Below are positions 11,004-21,217 of a stretch of DNA of 64,000 nucleotides, piece after piece. Origin of the DNA: a virus (taxonomy: Duplodnaviria; Caudoviricetes); IMG/VR virus record IMGVR_UViG_3300042282_000085. One strand, written 5' to 3'. Below the pieces are notes generated by a model that was not told the origin of the DNA, did not search any database, and saw nothing but the letters and a program-made list of their open reading frames with translations. Each line of letters opens with the position of its first letter. Within the stretch, counting starts at the first letter, position 1. The position numbers and the translations under genes are program-made.

Positions 11004-12332
11004 CTATTTAAGGTTACTGATACCTTTACCAGTAGCACCTACCAAAGCAGAGGCTACAGCTCCACCGTGGCGATAGAGTTCACGAGAGGTTATGCTCAAG
11101 GTATTGCTCCAACGACGGATCATTATAATGCTGATGGTTGAAGGACGCATACTCGGTACCAAGGTACCAGCTAGCAGCAGTGCCAATTCTCGAGGAGGGA
11201 GTTTACGTAATCCATCTAAGGATGCCTTATGCTTGTCCATCACTGCAATGTTTGCTTTATGCTCCTGCTTCAGGTTAATCATCCCTTTAATAAGGTCTCC
11301 TGTAGCACGGTTAAGGTCCTCCAGATCCTTTTTAGAAGGCGCATTTGTCACAAAGCTATTAGACGCTTGTTTGTTTGCACGGTAGTCCGCCCTCATATCG
11401 AATAGGTAAAGACGACCATACTCAGTAGAGTCGCCCTTAGGCTTACCGATAGAGGCCACGATGCGGATGCCACCCATCAAAGCATTCTTAGAAGCCATAA
11501 ACTCCTTACTGAACAGGGCACTGGAAATAGCACCGAAGATACCCTTAGGCTCTGTGGTAACCGCTAGACCGTAATGCGACAGGATGGCTTTCTGTGCTGC
11601 CTCCATACGGTTATTGCGACTGTTAGTATTGCCTTCATCCTTAGACGCCTCCATAGCTACGTCCATCGCATCCCGTAGGGCGGACATATCGCTCCACTGC
11701 AGGATGCCCTTTGTGAAGTCAGCCACATCCTTAGCGGTGGGGATAGCCTGCTTCTTACCCGGGATATAAAGATGCTTACCATTCTTGATCTTGAGGGTAT
11801 CATTCTTAGGTACATTGCCAATGCGACTCAAATCCGCGCGCTGTGCATCGACGCGTTTCTGAATGCCATTGAGGCGTGCGAAGAAGACGTCCCCAAACTT
11901 ATTTAGGGCGTCTATATACCCTTCATAGAAAGCACCGAATTTCTTGATCACGCGCTGAACTGCGTCGCCGACACCCTCCATTGCGATATGCAAGTCAGCT
12001 GAGAGACTATCATTAGACTCGAAGGCAGGCGTAGCGATTGGCCATTCCTCGTCACAGAAAGCGAGGAGAGTAGTGGCCTGGTCATAGTACATCTGACCCA
12101 TTTCCATAGAAACCGGAGTCTCAGTATCCTTAAGACGCGCATCCATCTTAAGGTAGAGATCCGACAACCCTTCAAGGGCAAACCCCATGCGGTCCAAGGC
12201 ATCGGCGGTTTCTTCCAACGCGATGACTTCACTGGAGAGGTCATAATCCTCTTCATCCATGAAGCTATAAACCTCCACGTCATCGGTAAGGCTTTCCTGT
12301 GCAATCGCTTGTGCAAGTATATTTTTCAACAT
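11004..12332 (-). CDS. Virion head/inner-body protein with acidic propeptide
   Basis: Acidic N-terminal ~120 aa with AQE, ALE, ALE, SME, AFE and AME sites (phiKZ prohead protease S/A/G-x-E), then a basic body. Confidence 0.7.
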   Translation of the reverse strand: MLKNILAQAIAQESLTDDVEVYSFMDEEDYDLSSEVIALEETADALDRMGFALEGLSDLYLKMDARLKDTETPVSMEMGQMYYDQATTLLAFCDEEWPIATPAFESNDSLSADLHIAMEGVGDAVQRVIKKFGAFYEGYIDALNKFGDVFFARLNGIQKRVDAQRADLSRIGNVPKNDTLKIKNGKHLYIPGKKQAIPTAKDVADFTKGILQWSDMSALRDAMDVAMEASKDEGNTNSRNNRMEAAQKAILSHYGLAVTTEPKGIFGAISSALFSKEFMASKNALMGGIRIVASIGKPKGDSTEYGRLYLFDMRADYRANKQASNSFVTNAPSKKDLEDLNRATGDLIKGMINLKQEHKANIAVMDKHKASLDGLRKLPPRELALLLAGTLVPSMRPSTISIIMIRRWSNTLSITSRELYRHGGAVASALVGATGKGISNLK

Positions 12333-12397
12333 TGTTTTAAGTTCCTTTGTAGTGGGACCGTAAGTTCCTTAGCTAAGGTTTAACTTTAACGGGGGAG

Positions 12398-13342
12398 TTA
12401 ATCTGCCTTTAACGACTGCATGCACCATCTGATAGCGAAGATACAGTAGTCGGCGTGGTCGTACCAGTCCCATAGGCCACCCACAAACCCATTAAGGTCT
12501 TGGTCCAGCGCTTGGTGGTAGAACACATCATAGAACTTATCGTACGCATGTTCAAAGTTTTCTTGGAACCGCTCATTGAACTCGGAGCCATCACTGTGAT
12601 CACCACCCATAACGGTGACAAAACTCTCCATGTCCACATTTGTAATGGTATCTGCAATCCATTTACCCACCTTTACAATGTCGTCGACAGTGGCTGACGG
12701 GACCGACGCCAGTTGATCCAATTTCGGTTTTACAATGACCTTGGGCATTCGCCCATCCTTAATAAGGACATGGTTGCCCGGCATAGCTGGGGAAGGTAAC
12801 TTAGCACGCTCGATGGGCCGCTTTAGTTTTTGGTAATCTGCAATGGCTCTCTTTACCGCAGCATCTACCTTATCTTCATCTTCAGTATTGGTTACGATAT
12901 TCTCCACCCAACTAATGATCTCACTGATCGCCGCGTCTATATCTTCGGCATACCCGCGCAAGGTAGACATATACGGTACATATACTGTCTCGAAATAGTC
13001 AATGGCTGTGGCGGGTGTAACAACCTTCCCATTAATCTGGAACAAGGCCTGATTAACTGGCGCCACCGTCTCGGCCATGTTTTCCCGAAAACGCTTACGT
13101 ACCCAGCGCTCGTTACCTAAGGTATCCTTTACCATGGAAGCGAGCTTGCGATAATTGCGCTTAGTGATAACTTCCTCTAACTCTTTACCATTAGGACTGG
13201 TATCAAAGAGGTCTTTAACCTTTTCCAGAAGACCTTCCATGGAGACACTTTCTATCTCCTCCATGTACGCCTCCAGCGGCCCCTTATCTAAATCTATTTC
13301 CATACCCCTGTTTGTGTACTGTGTGAGAATGTTCTTCAACAT
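12398..13342 (-). CDS. Virion head/inner-body protein
   Basis: MLKNILTQ start and upstream leader nearly identical to those of 11004-12332; SMEG cleavage-like site. Confidence 0.65.
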   Translation of the reverse strand: MLKNILTQYTNRGMEIDLDKGPLEAYMEEIESVSMEGLLEKVKDLFDTSPNGKELEEVITKRNYRKLASMVKDTLGNERWVRKRFRENMAETVAPVNQALFQINGKVVTPATAIDYFETVYVPYMSTLRGYAEDIDAAISEIISWVENIVTNTEDEDKVDAAVKRAIADYQKLKRPIERAKLPSPAMPGNHVLIKDGRMPKVIVKPKLDQLASVPSATVDDIVKVGKWIADTITNVDMESFVTVMGGDHSDGSEFNERFQENFEHAYDKFYDVFYHQALDQDLNGFVGGLWDWYDHADYCIFAIRWCMQSLKAD

Positions 13343-13387
13343 TGTTTTAGGTTCCTTTGTAATTAGAAAGGTTTGCTCTTGCAGATA

Positions 13388-13942
13388 TTACCATTCATAC
13401 CATGATTCCATGGAAGGTAGGTCTTTTATAACGTTTACCGGCCACGGTAGCCACCCGTAGGGCTCCTTACCAGAACGGTCGTCAAAGGCGTAATAGTACA
13501 GCTTGTCGCTAGACTTTGGCACTTCAATTTCTACACGGCCCAGATATTCCATATATGTTGGATCTATGATCCCATGTTCTTCAGTAATATGCGCGTCATG
13601 AATGGCTCTTTGTTCGGTGAATGCCTTCGGCAGTATAATGCGTTCCCGTCCAGTAAACCTTGGCTTATACACGGCAAACGTCATCTTAGATCGCCCTCTT
13701 CCACCAAATAGATGTTTAACATTGGCGTAGATAGCTTGAAAGCATTGCTCGATGGTCGGCGACACAGATATTTTAGCGATTACTGTTTCAGTAACCAAAT
13801 CAACGTTTTCCTCCGTGTAGTCGCCATCTGGCTCTACAGGCGTCCACCTTCCTTCAGGATCATGGTTAGTGCGACTGTGGTAGAGGTCAGGTAGGTTTCT
13901 ATTTACACGTATCGCCAGGCGTATTAAATCCTCACCGTTCAT
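13388..13942 (-). CDS. Putative head-packaged protein with C-terminal PSMESWYEW
   Basis: C-terminal S-x-E..W-x-x-W motif shared with its neighbours. Confidence 0.6.
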   Translation of the reverse strand: MNGEDLIRLAIRVNRNLPDLYHSRTNHDPEGRWTPVEPDGDYTEENVDLVTETVIAKISVSPTIEQCFQAIYANVKHLFGGRGRSKMTFAVYKPRFTGRERIILPKAFTEQRAIHDAHITEEHGIIDPTYMEYLGRVEIEVPKSSDKLYYYAFDDRSGKEPYGWLPWPVNVIKDLPSMESWYEW

Positions 13943-14013
13943 ACCAAGATTCCGTAGATGGCAATGGTCCGTTCCCCACAGTCACCCTGCGTACTGTACT
14001 TACCTTCGTACAT
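13932..14013 (-). pseudogene. Remnant of a deleted paralog (RBS and ATG plus an out-of-frame C-terminus)
   Basis: AAGGAG-ATG gives only 24 aa; another frame reads ..RRVTVGNGPLPSTESWYER*, matching RKVVVGNKPLPSMEAWYKW of 15059-15709. Confidence 0.6.
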
Positions 14014-14164
14014 AGTAGTCTCCTTAGATCTTACGGCATTGATAGTTGTAAACAATCTTGAGTATCATGAGACAATGGTTGGGTATGTCATCCAAGTATT
14101 ATAGGTCTTCCCGTTTCATGAATGTAGCATAAACCCCTATCCACGTTAGGCGTGGGTAGGGAAA

Positions 14165-14707
14165 TCACCATTGTAGCCAGCCACACACGGACTCAGTGGA
14201 TATAGCTCTACTGTCCCTTCGCCACATCCAAAAGGTAACACGATCGCCATCGACTGTAACCTCATCAATGACAGTATAGCCCATCCGGCGATTTATTTCT
14301 GCCATTGCTGGATCAGAGGAGCGGGTGCTGGTGGAAGTAAGAATGAGCGTATAGTTAGCGTGTAGCTCCTCCTTTAGTGCTAAAGCCATCCCTTTACCTC
14401 GATAGCCTGGCCGCACCATGAGACTGCTTATCCATGTTTGGTGTTTGCCCAAATATCGGTATTTTTCTTGCCAGGGATTGACATCGGTAAGATACGGCTT
14501 GAAATTAATCGCAGCGACCAGGACATTTCTCTGGTAGATGCCATAGACTCGTCGGACATCGGCCTGTACCTCACGGCGCAGCTTGTCGACGTCCTGATTA
14601 AACTGACCGCTGCCTTTTCCCCAGACCAAGTAATCCAATCGCATATAGTCTTCGATTTCACTCTTGCTGGATAGCGTCACAATTTTATATTTAATGCGAA
14701 CGGACAT
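14165..14707 (-). CDS. GNAT-family acetyltransferase
   Basis: ISSLMVRPGYRGKGMA acetyl-CoA motif A; INRRMGY; ends STESVCGWLQW. Confidence 0.8.
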   Translation of the reverse strand: MSVRIKYKIVTLSSKSEIEDYMRLDYLVWGKGSGQFNQDVDKLRREVQADVRRVYGIYQRNVLVAAINFKPYLTDVNPWQEKYRYLGKHQTWISSLMVRPGYRGKGMALALKEELHANYTLILTSTSTRSSDPAMAEINRRMGYTVIDEVTVDGDRVTFWMWRRDSRAISTESVCGWLQW

Positions 14708-14728
14708 CTCTGGTATCCCCTTTGATTG

Positions 14729-15058
14729 CTATGTTACTGGCGAGTGTATTTTAGCTACGTACCGTATTGGGTTAGATTGGCTCGAATGGTCGAAACCACC
14801 GACCGGACGGTGGCCGGAACGATCTAGTGCGTGAGGTCGAAGTCCAAGACGCTGACAATCTCTGCGATGGCGTAACCTACCTACAAAGCCCTCTAAGGCG
14901 GGTACGTCAGTGACTGATACATTATAGGGGGTAAGTACTGAATTGACGATAGACATGTACATTAGGTCAGGTACATCCCCTCTTTTTGCCTCTAGCGCCC
15001 TTAAGGTCTGCGTAATGTGTTGTAGGTGGTACTCAGTTGTATCCATTATTTTCTCCAA
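14729..15058 (-). CDS. Hypothetical protein, possibly a truncated head protein
   Basis: PALEGFVG propeptide-like site followed by a short atypical tail. Confidence 0.4.
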   Translation of the reverse strand: MEKIMDTTEYHLQHITQTLRALEAKRGDVPDLMYMSIVNSVLTPYNVSVTDVPALEGFVGRLRHRRDCQRLGLRPHALDRSGHRPVGGFDHSSQSNPIRYVAKIHSPVT

Positions 15059-15709
15059 TTACCATTTATACCATGCTTCCATAGAGGGTAGAGGTTTATT
15101 TCCAACCACGACCTTACGATGTTCGCTAACCGGGATAGGGTTACGGGTGTAGATCATCAAATGGGGCACGGTAGCTGCGTACATATCTTTGATCTCATCA
15201 TAATAGTCCAGAGATGGAATCTTAAGGTAGGCCTCTCGGCTGAACCCGGGTTTGAATTTAGCCAGCCCTTTCTCCAGTCCCTTAACATCGTCTCCCTGCT
15301 CATGGAAGAGCTTACGGCTGGTGGCGAGTGTCTTGAAAAATAACCGTTTATACCAAACATTCTCATACCAGGGTAAGTGGTCTAAGAATAACATGGTTAT
15401 GGGGGTCTCCACTATCTGCCACCCGTAAATATCCAGGTTAGAGGTATCTATAACGTGCTCTACTAGACGGTTACCTGCCCGCCACGTGTGGTGATCATTG
15501 GGGAAGATCGTCCCCAGTATATCTAGCGGGGCGGGCTCCATAAAGAAGGAGATGTGGTCCGTATAGGGCCCCGGGTCCCCTCGAAAATTAGCGGCAGCGG
15601 TAGCATCCTCCCGTTGTTGTGCTGTTACCGCACCCTGTAACTCACGAGTAAGCAATGACGAGAAGCGCTTTTGGTTATAATGATAGAGTTTCATTACCAT
15701 TCCATCCAC
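15059..15709 (-). CDS. Putative head-packaged protein with C-terminal PSMEAWYKW
   Basis: Shared C-terminal motif; operon context. Confidence 0.65.
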   Translation of the reverse strand: MDGMVMKLYHYNQKRFSSLLTRELQGAVTAQQREDATAAANFRGDPGPYTDHISFFMEPAPLDILGTIFPNDHHTWRAGNRLVEHVIDTSNLDIYGWQIVETPITMLFLDHLPWYENVWYKRLFFKTLATSRKLFHEQGDDVKGLEKGLAKFKPGFSREAYLKIPSLDYYDEIKDMYAATVPHLMIYTRNPIPVSEHRKVVVGNKPLPSMEAWYKW

Positions 15710-17766
15710 TTGGTAGAGTTTGAGTGTACAGCAGGTTCAATGGGCGGTAACGCTGCAACCAGATCAACGATACCTTCCATTGAGGGCTCAGATAGTGTAT
15801 CGGTCCCATCGTATTCTACCTTAAATGGCGATTCCATTTTCATAATCGCCTCAATCTGATCCTGAGACCATTGTAGAATATCGAGGTTACGGCTACTGAT
15901 GTTACTTTCTTCACCTGTATCCAGAATTGCCGTATACACGTACGTTTGGGTATCCGACCCCAGTCGATGAATACGAGATACTGCCTGCTGCAATACGTAG
16001 TCACGGAACGGCATGTTGATCAGGATCATGGTATCAGCCATCACCAAAGGCACCGCCGTTGAGAGACTATCGTAGGTGGCAATCAGTGGATTAAGCTCCG
16101 GATTACCCTCAAAGCGCCGTACAGTGTCCGCTAAGACCTTTGTGTTCTTTCCATAGACCGTAACCGGTTTTAACTTAAGGCTCTCCAGATGGCGGTGTGT
16201 GGCCTCTAGTGCCTCTACGTAACTTGTGAAGACCACGGTCTTTTTCGTGGTCGTACCCATGACGCCCTCAAAGTCGATATGTTTAACCATGTCGACATGG
16301 GCATTAATACGTTCACGCCCTAAGACACGCCCCAAGCACTCACCCTGCACCTTAAGCTTTAAATACTTAACAACAGTCTTGGCCTCTTTAAAGGCTTTAC
16401 GTAACTCTGGATCGGCAATGCGCGGCATAATGACATTACGCTCGTAGAGATTGGTTTCTTTAATCTCTTCGGTCACTGACTGCAAACGTCCTCGGTTATG
16501 TGCATCGATTACAGTCGCCACTAACCGACGGTAGCGCTTAAATGCTTTCTCGGCCTCCAACCACTCTTTAGTGTCATCGGTTTCGCCTTCCCAACAAGCA
16601 CTGGCCTTAATGCCCCGGTCATAGATATCCTGATACTCAGCCTTATGCTTTAGGTAGTACCCCACACGCTCTTCGATAAACCGCTGCATCTTAATACTGA
16701 TCGCGGTCAATGTATAGTCCTTCGCATTCGGTATTTTCACCACCAGGTTTCGAAAGATCGGGGGCTCTAGCTTAAGTTCCGCCTTCTCTACCTTAAAGGA
16801 CATAACACCTAAGCGCTCGGCCAGTATAGAAGTAGCTTTGTTGGCGTCCCCTGCAAAGATGCGTTTGAACCGATCCATGACCACATCGGTAAATTGAGGG
16901 TCAATGGCTTTAAAGACCGAGATGGTTTCTAAGGTACTGGCCTTTATAGGGGTACCGGATGCTAGCACTACGTCTTGGGTATCAATGCGGTTACAGAAGT
17001 CTATAAACCGCTGGGTGCGCTGCGAAGTCATCTCAGCCATGTTGTGGGACTCATCGAGAATCACCAAGGTCTTACGCTTCTCTAGGTACCGTACTTCAGA
17101 GAAGGCCTCTTTGAGGGCTTCATAGTGGTAGATAAGGATCTTCTCCTTATTGTATCGTTGACCACTACTATAGTACCAATAGCTAGGGGTCTTCTTGTAA
17201 ACACTTTCGATATTAGCAGTCCATACCCGCTCAACCGCATTCTTAGGACAGATAATGATGATGTTGTCGGCCTCTAGGCATTCGCCCAAGGCAAGGCCTG
17301 TAAAGGTCTTACCGGAGCCGGCAGTAGCGGAGAGCAGCATACCCCGTAATCCGTACTGGGGTACGACCTGAGAATAGGTCTCTAAGAACCGCTGCTGAAA
17401 ATCCAACGGTGTCCATTTCAGGTTATTAAGCTGACGGAAGTTAAGGCGCTCAGGCATTACGATCTGGGTATTCGCTAACCAAGTATTGGCCAGTAACCCT
17501 TCCTTTATATGGTGCAGTGCTCGTACACTGGTGCCCACCGTACGGGACTTAGAGAGCTTATCGACAATGTGGTAAAACTCCAGCGCAAAGAAGCTTTCAA
17601 TTACAACACTGCCTCTGGAGACATCAGAGAAGATGTATTTAGAGACACGGGAGGTATTGAACATCCGCTTAATATCCCCTTCCATGGTGCGGGTGTGGAT
17701 GTTCTTAATGTAGATACGGTTATCCCGCTCCTCCACCTTAGGTTTACCTAGAATAAAATACGACAT
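15694..17766 (-). CDS. Superfamily 2 (DExH) helicase
   Basis: ATAGSGKT, ILDESH, ASGTP, QAVSRIHRLG; tail PSMEG...KWMEW. Confidence 0.9.
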   Translation of the reverse strand: MSYFILGKPKVEERDNRIYIKNIHTRTMEGDIKRMFNTSRVSKYIFSDVSRGSVVIESFFALEFYHIVDKLSKSRTVGTSVRALHHIKEGLLANTWLANTQIVMPERLNFRQLNNLKWTPLDFQQRFLETYSQVVPQYGLRGMLLSATAGSGKTFTGLALGECLEADNIIIICPKNAVERVWTANIESVYKKTPSYWYYSSGQRYNKEKILIYHYEALKEAFSEVRYLEKRKTLVILDESHNMAEMTSQRTQRFIDFCNRIDTQDVVLASGTPIKASTLETISVFKAIDPQFTDVVMDRFKRIFAGDANKATSILAERLGVMSFKVEKAELKLEPPIFRNLVVKIPNAKDYTLTAISIKMQRFIEERVGYYLKHKAEYQDIYDRGIKASACWEGETDDTKEWLEAEKAFKRYRRLVATVIDAHNRGRLQSVTEEIKETNLYERNVIMPRIADPELRKAFKEAKTVVKYLKLKVQGECLGRVLGRERINAHVDMVKHIDFEGVMGTTTKKTVVFTSYVEALEATHRHLESLKLKPVTVYGKNTKVLADTVRRFEGNPELNPLIATYDSLSTAVPLVMADTMILINMPFRDYVLQQAVSRIHRLGSDTQTYVYTAILDTGEESNISSRNLDILQWSQDQIEAIMKMESPFKVEYDGTDTLSEPSMEGIVDLVAALPPIEPAVHSNSTKWMEW

Positions 17767-17874
17767 AGTGCCTGCCCAAGTCAGTTAAAGTTCGTTATAC
17801 CATCTTGGACAATTGGATTCTATAGGTATGTACCGGTCGGATGCTAGCCCCGACACAACCTTAAGGAAGTTACC

Positions 17875-19155
17875 ATGAGCTATGAAATTAGACTCTTTGG
17901 GGTAATACACCGATGTCTGGACGCAGTCATCGGTAATACTGCCCCACTGGGAGAACTGTCGCCCTATGGGCGTACTTTCAGTACACAGAAAACCAAGATT
18001 GCAGATACCGTACACGAGAACGTGCACGCTTTGGTATTTAACTGCGCTCGGGATGGGGTTGATCAGCCCATGCCCATTGGTGCTGACCAAGCCATACTCT
18101 CTGTACTGGAAACCTTAGTAGAAGACTTTGATAGTACACTGGATTTCCAAGGTCAGGTGAATAGCCGTTTCCCCGAGATTGCGGATACAGTAGAGTTTCA
18201 CACCTTTGTCAGTTTTAATGGCTTCATTCTACCGGGGTACTTTGAGTGGACTGAAGTCGTTAATGGAAACGATGTTCGGTTTATGGTGTGGTTATCGGAC
18301 AGTGTTTTCCGTGAAACCTATGACCTCTATGAGATTCGGGTAGTCCCCCCTCTTCCGAACCTCGCTGATCTGGAAACCTCTGAGGCTAACGTCCGTGAGG
18401 CGCTGGATAACTATTCTGTTACACAGCAAATTGCAGCCCAAGAGGATGCACGTGGCGAGGACAGCGTTACCAAGAACACCGCGCTAACCCTGAAATGGGT
18501 AGACCCTGACACCAGTGCGGTGCTGAACCTTACCTGGTTGCTCTTGGTATTCGGTCCTGAGGGTCTACGGTATGAAAACCAGATCGAGGCCATTCGCAAT
18601 TTCCTTAGGGATGAAACCGGACATATACCCCCACACTGGATCGAGCTTATTCCCGAGTTAGACAATCGGACAGAGCTTACCTTCCTACCCCTATGGCATC
18701 AGATCGCCCTGCGCTCGAGCGGTTCAGTGGACTATGTACACTCTCCGGTCATTAACCATACTGCGTTTACTGAAACACTGCGCAGGCGTAGCGGTGAGGA
18801 TCCCGATATGGACCTAGTGGCCGAAACGGATTACGCCATTACCTATTATAAGTCAATTGGCTTTATGGTGTACCCGGAGGGGGAAACCAGTGACCCCATG
18901 CGCTTTACTGAACTCTACCCTGACTATGCGATGATTTCGGTCAATGATGTTAACTTGAACCGTTTACACGCGAATACCCGTGAGGCCTTAAAGGCTATTG
19001 AGCGAGGCATTCGTATTGCAGAGGTCGATGAGGGAGGGGATCTGCCAGAAGGTTTCTTCCGCCAAACCGAGCCACGGTTAAGTTTTATCTGTTACAGTGT
19101 CGGAGGCGTTATACACCGTATCGCCACTCGCCAATCGTTTAACGCAGCGGGGTAA
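17875..19155 (+). CDS. phiKZ-like virion structural protein
   Basis: N-terminal APLGELSPYGRTF resembles conserved phiKZ-family virion proteins (recalled, not searched); structural-gene context. Confidence 0.6.
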   Translation: MSYEIRLFGVIHRCLDAVIGNTAPLGELSPYGRTFSTQKTKIADTVHENVHALVFNCARDGVDQPMPIGADQAILSVLETLVEDFDSTLDFQGQVNSRFPEIADTVEFHTFVSFNGFILPGYFEWTEVVNGNDVRFMVWLSDSVFRETYDLYEIRVVPPLPNLADLETSEANVREALDNYSVTQQIAAQEDARGEDSVTKNTALTLKWVDPDTSAVLNLTWLLLVFGPEGLRYENQIEAIRNFLRDETGHIPPHWIELIPELDNRTELTFLPLWHQIALRSSGSVDYVHSPVINHTAFTETLRRRSGEDPDMDLVAETDYAITYYKSIGFMVYPEGETSDPMRFTELYPDYAMISVNDVNLNRLHANTREALKAIERGIRIAEVDEGGDLPEGFFRQTEPRLSFICYSVGGVIHRIATRQSFNAAG

Positions 19156-19158
19156 GCC

Positions 19159-19767
19159 ATGTATCCAGTCCCTATTATAGATGCATTGGGGACCTATACG
19201 GCCAAGGCACCCTTTGTTATAGAAGACGGTTCGATCTATATTTCGAAAGCGATTGAGGATTTTACTGCACTGTCAGATCGAGGAATCGATGTTTACAGTC
19301 AGTATTATCAGCCCAACGGGCTATCCGAGGCACAGTATGCTGAAGATGCGGGACTTGGGGTTAAGATTGTAACCCTCTACTCCACCACGGGTCACCCTAC
19401 GCTTTATATCCCGACCAGCTACATTCTAAGCTTCCCCTCAAAGTCACTGGTCCCGTATACGGACCTGGTTATGTCGGTCAGTTTAGGATTGGTGCCGGAT
19501 GCGGTCTCCATGTCAATGCTAGAGAGTGATGTGGATCAGGCCGTACAAGATCGAATAGGCGTTGTCCCTAAGATCGAGCTACACCGTCTACCCTTGAATG
19601 GTGGCGTAGACTACACTACCCACGTTCGATTGGAAACACTCAGGGCTGCTAAGTTGCAGTATAAGCCGACTCCCACTGCACAGTTAAACTATTTCATTCA
19701 ACGGATCTCAGAACTCGAAGCTGAGAAACTGAGACTGGAAGAAGCACTCACCGCAACACAGCCATAA
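19159..19767 (+). CDS. Conserved phiKZ-like hypothetical protein
   Basis: Coupled to 17875; LYIPTSYILSFP; C-terminal coiled coil. Confidence 0.6.
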   Translation: MYPVPIIDALGTYTAKAPFVIEDGSIYISKAIEDFTALSDRGIDVYSQYYQPNGLSEAQYAEDAGLGVKIVTLYSTTGHPTLYIPTSYILSFPSKSLVPYTDLVMSVSLGLVPDAVSMSMLESDVDQAVQDRIGVVPKIELHRLPLNGGVDYTTHVRLETLRAAKLQYKPTPTAQLNYFIQRISELEAEKLRLEEALTATQP

Positions 19768-19770
19768 GTA

Positions 19771-19796
19771 AGACTCCCTCCAGCTGGAGGGAGTCT
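19771..19796. terminator. Palindromic hairpin between convergent genes
   Basis: AGACTCCCTCCAG|CTGGAGGGAGTCT. Confidence 0.65.
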
Positions 19797-19800
19797 ACCT

Positions 19801-21099
19801 TTATGTTTTATGTAGTGTATACAGATTCACCATGTATCCGCCCAGTATAATAGGGCGGGGTGGTTTCTTCGCAGTTTTAGATAAAGCCGGTAAGCGATCT
19901 CGTATAATAGTGTCGTCTATCTTCGGTAGGTAAATACCACCGGTCATCGCAATAGACGCTACGTCACCATCATACCCATCCACTGTATAGTCCCAGATCC
20001 GTGCTCGTTCAGAGACAGCAATGCCTGTGGGCGGATAAGGGTAATTAAAAACGCCTGGAATGTCCGTACGGCTTAAAGGACGCTTAGCCAGGTTAACGTC
20101 ATTATTGCGTATAATAATGAGACCACTGAATCCGGCGGTTAACAATGGCATAGGGTCAAACTGACTTAACCCTACCCCCTGCCCATGGAGGTTCATGGGT
20201 TGGTAGGTGGGGCGATACTGAATCGGAGTATCCAGTACATATTCAGCACAGGTCTTAAGGTGGAGGGAGAGTATGGCCGTATGGGCATCGAACACATCCA
20301 CCGCTGACATCAGAAGCTGGGGATGGCCATCGACTACTAAATAAAGCGTAGCGTCACTTAGGTTACGCTCAGTAACCATTCGATACCGTTTAATGTCCCG
20401 TGCCTTATCCGTTGGAGTCTGAGCTAGAGGTTTAAGTTCATCGGCCGTCAGCGGATGCCATTCAATGGACCCTACCCCCGAGAAATTCCAGACACTCAAT
20501 GTTTCAATTCCGTCACCACACTCGGCCATAAACCGTCGAGCGTTGGGTAAAAAGATCCGATCGTTAATGCGGGTAGGCGGTAGGATACGACCATTCACTG
20601 TAAACAGACACTGCTCGGACAGGAGTGTAGCATGTCCATCGGTATTGCTACGGGTTGTAAGGACTACGTCCGTGCGGTAGGCCGTTGGAATGGGGGTGCC
20701 GGGACCATAGTTAAGGTTACCAATGGAGACGTCTACAGGGTAATCCCAAACATCGGTTACGTGAAGGTGCCCTGCATACGCCAGTTCCTGGAGTTCACTG
20801 TCTCCGACTAAGGACCCCTCGGCTTGTTTACTGAGCCAATCGCGAATCGTCCATCCACGGTCCAGGTTATTAAGACGGGCATACACCAAGGACAGATCTA
20901 ATTGAATCATCTCAGTCTCGCCGGCCTGTACAAAAAGCTGAGCGGCGGGATACTCGTAGTTGGCCATCGCGATTGTAAGGTGGCCAATTTCAATCCGTTT
21001 CCACCCCGTAGGGGTACGGCCATACGCCTTAATCAATTGATACATAGAAGCTCCTCCCGTACCGGGGTCGGGGTTAATAAAGAAGGTATAGGATTCCAC
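19801..21099 (-). CDS. Putative virion structural protein
   Basis: Long ORF, CLFTVNG motif; structural region. Confidence 0.55.
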   Translation of the reverse strand: MESYTFFINPDPGTGGASMYQLIKAYGRTPTGWKRIEIGHLTIAMANYEYPAAQLFVQAGETEMIQLDLSLVYARLNNLDRGWTIRDWLSKQAEGSLVGDSELQELAYAGHLHVTDVWDYPVDVSIGNLNYGPGTPIPTAYRTDVVLTTRSNTDGHATLLSEQCLFTVNGRILPPTRINDRIFLPNARRFMAECGDGIETLSVWNFSGVGSIEWHPLTADELKPLAQTPTDKARDIKRYRMVTERNLSDATLYLVVDGHPQLLMSAVDVFDAHTAILSLHLKTCAEYVLDTPIQYRPTYQPMNLHGQGVGLSQFDPMPLLTAGFSGLIIIRNNDVNLAKRPLSRTDIPGVFNYPYPPTGIAVSERARIWDYTVDGYDGDVASIAMTGGIYLPKIDDTIIRDRLPALSKTAKKPPRPIILGGYMVNLYTLHKT

Positions 21100-21217
21100 C
21101 GGCTAAATAGTATGATTAAATAGCCGATTTCGCTATGACGGATGGGTCGTATAGACGCCGTCCACCGGTAGGCGTTATGCGTTTCGATTAGCCCTCCAGA
21201 TTATAAAGGCCTTTATT

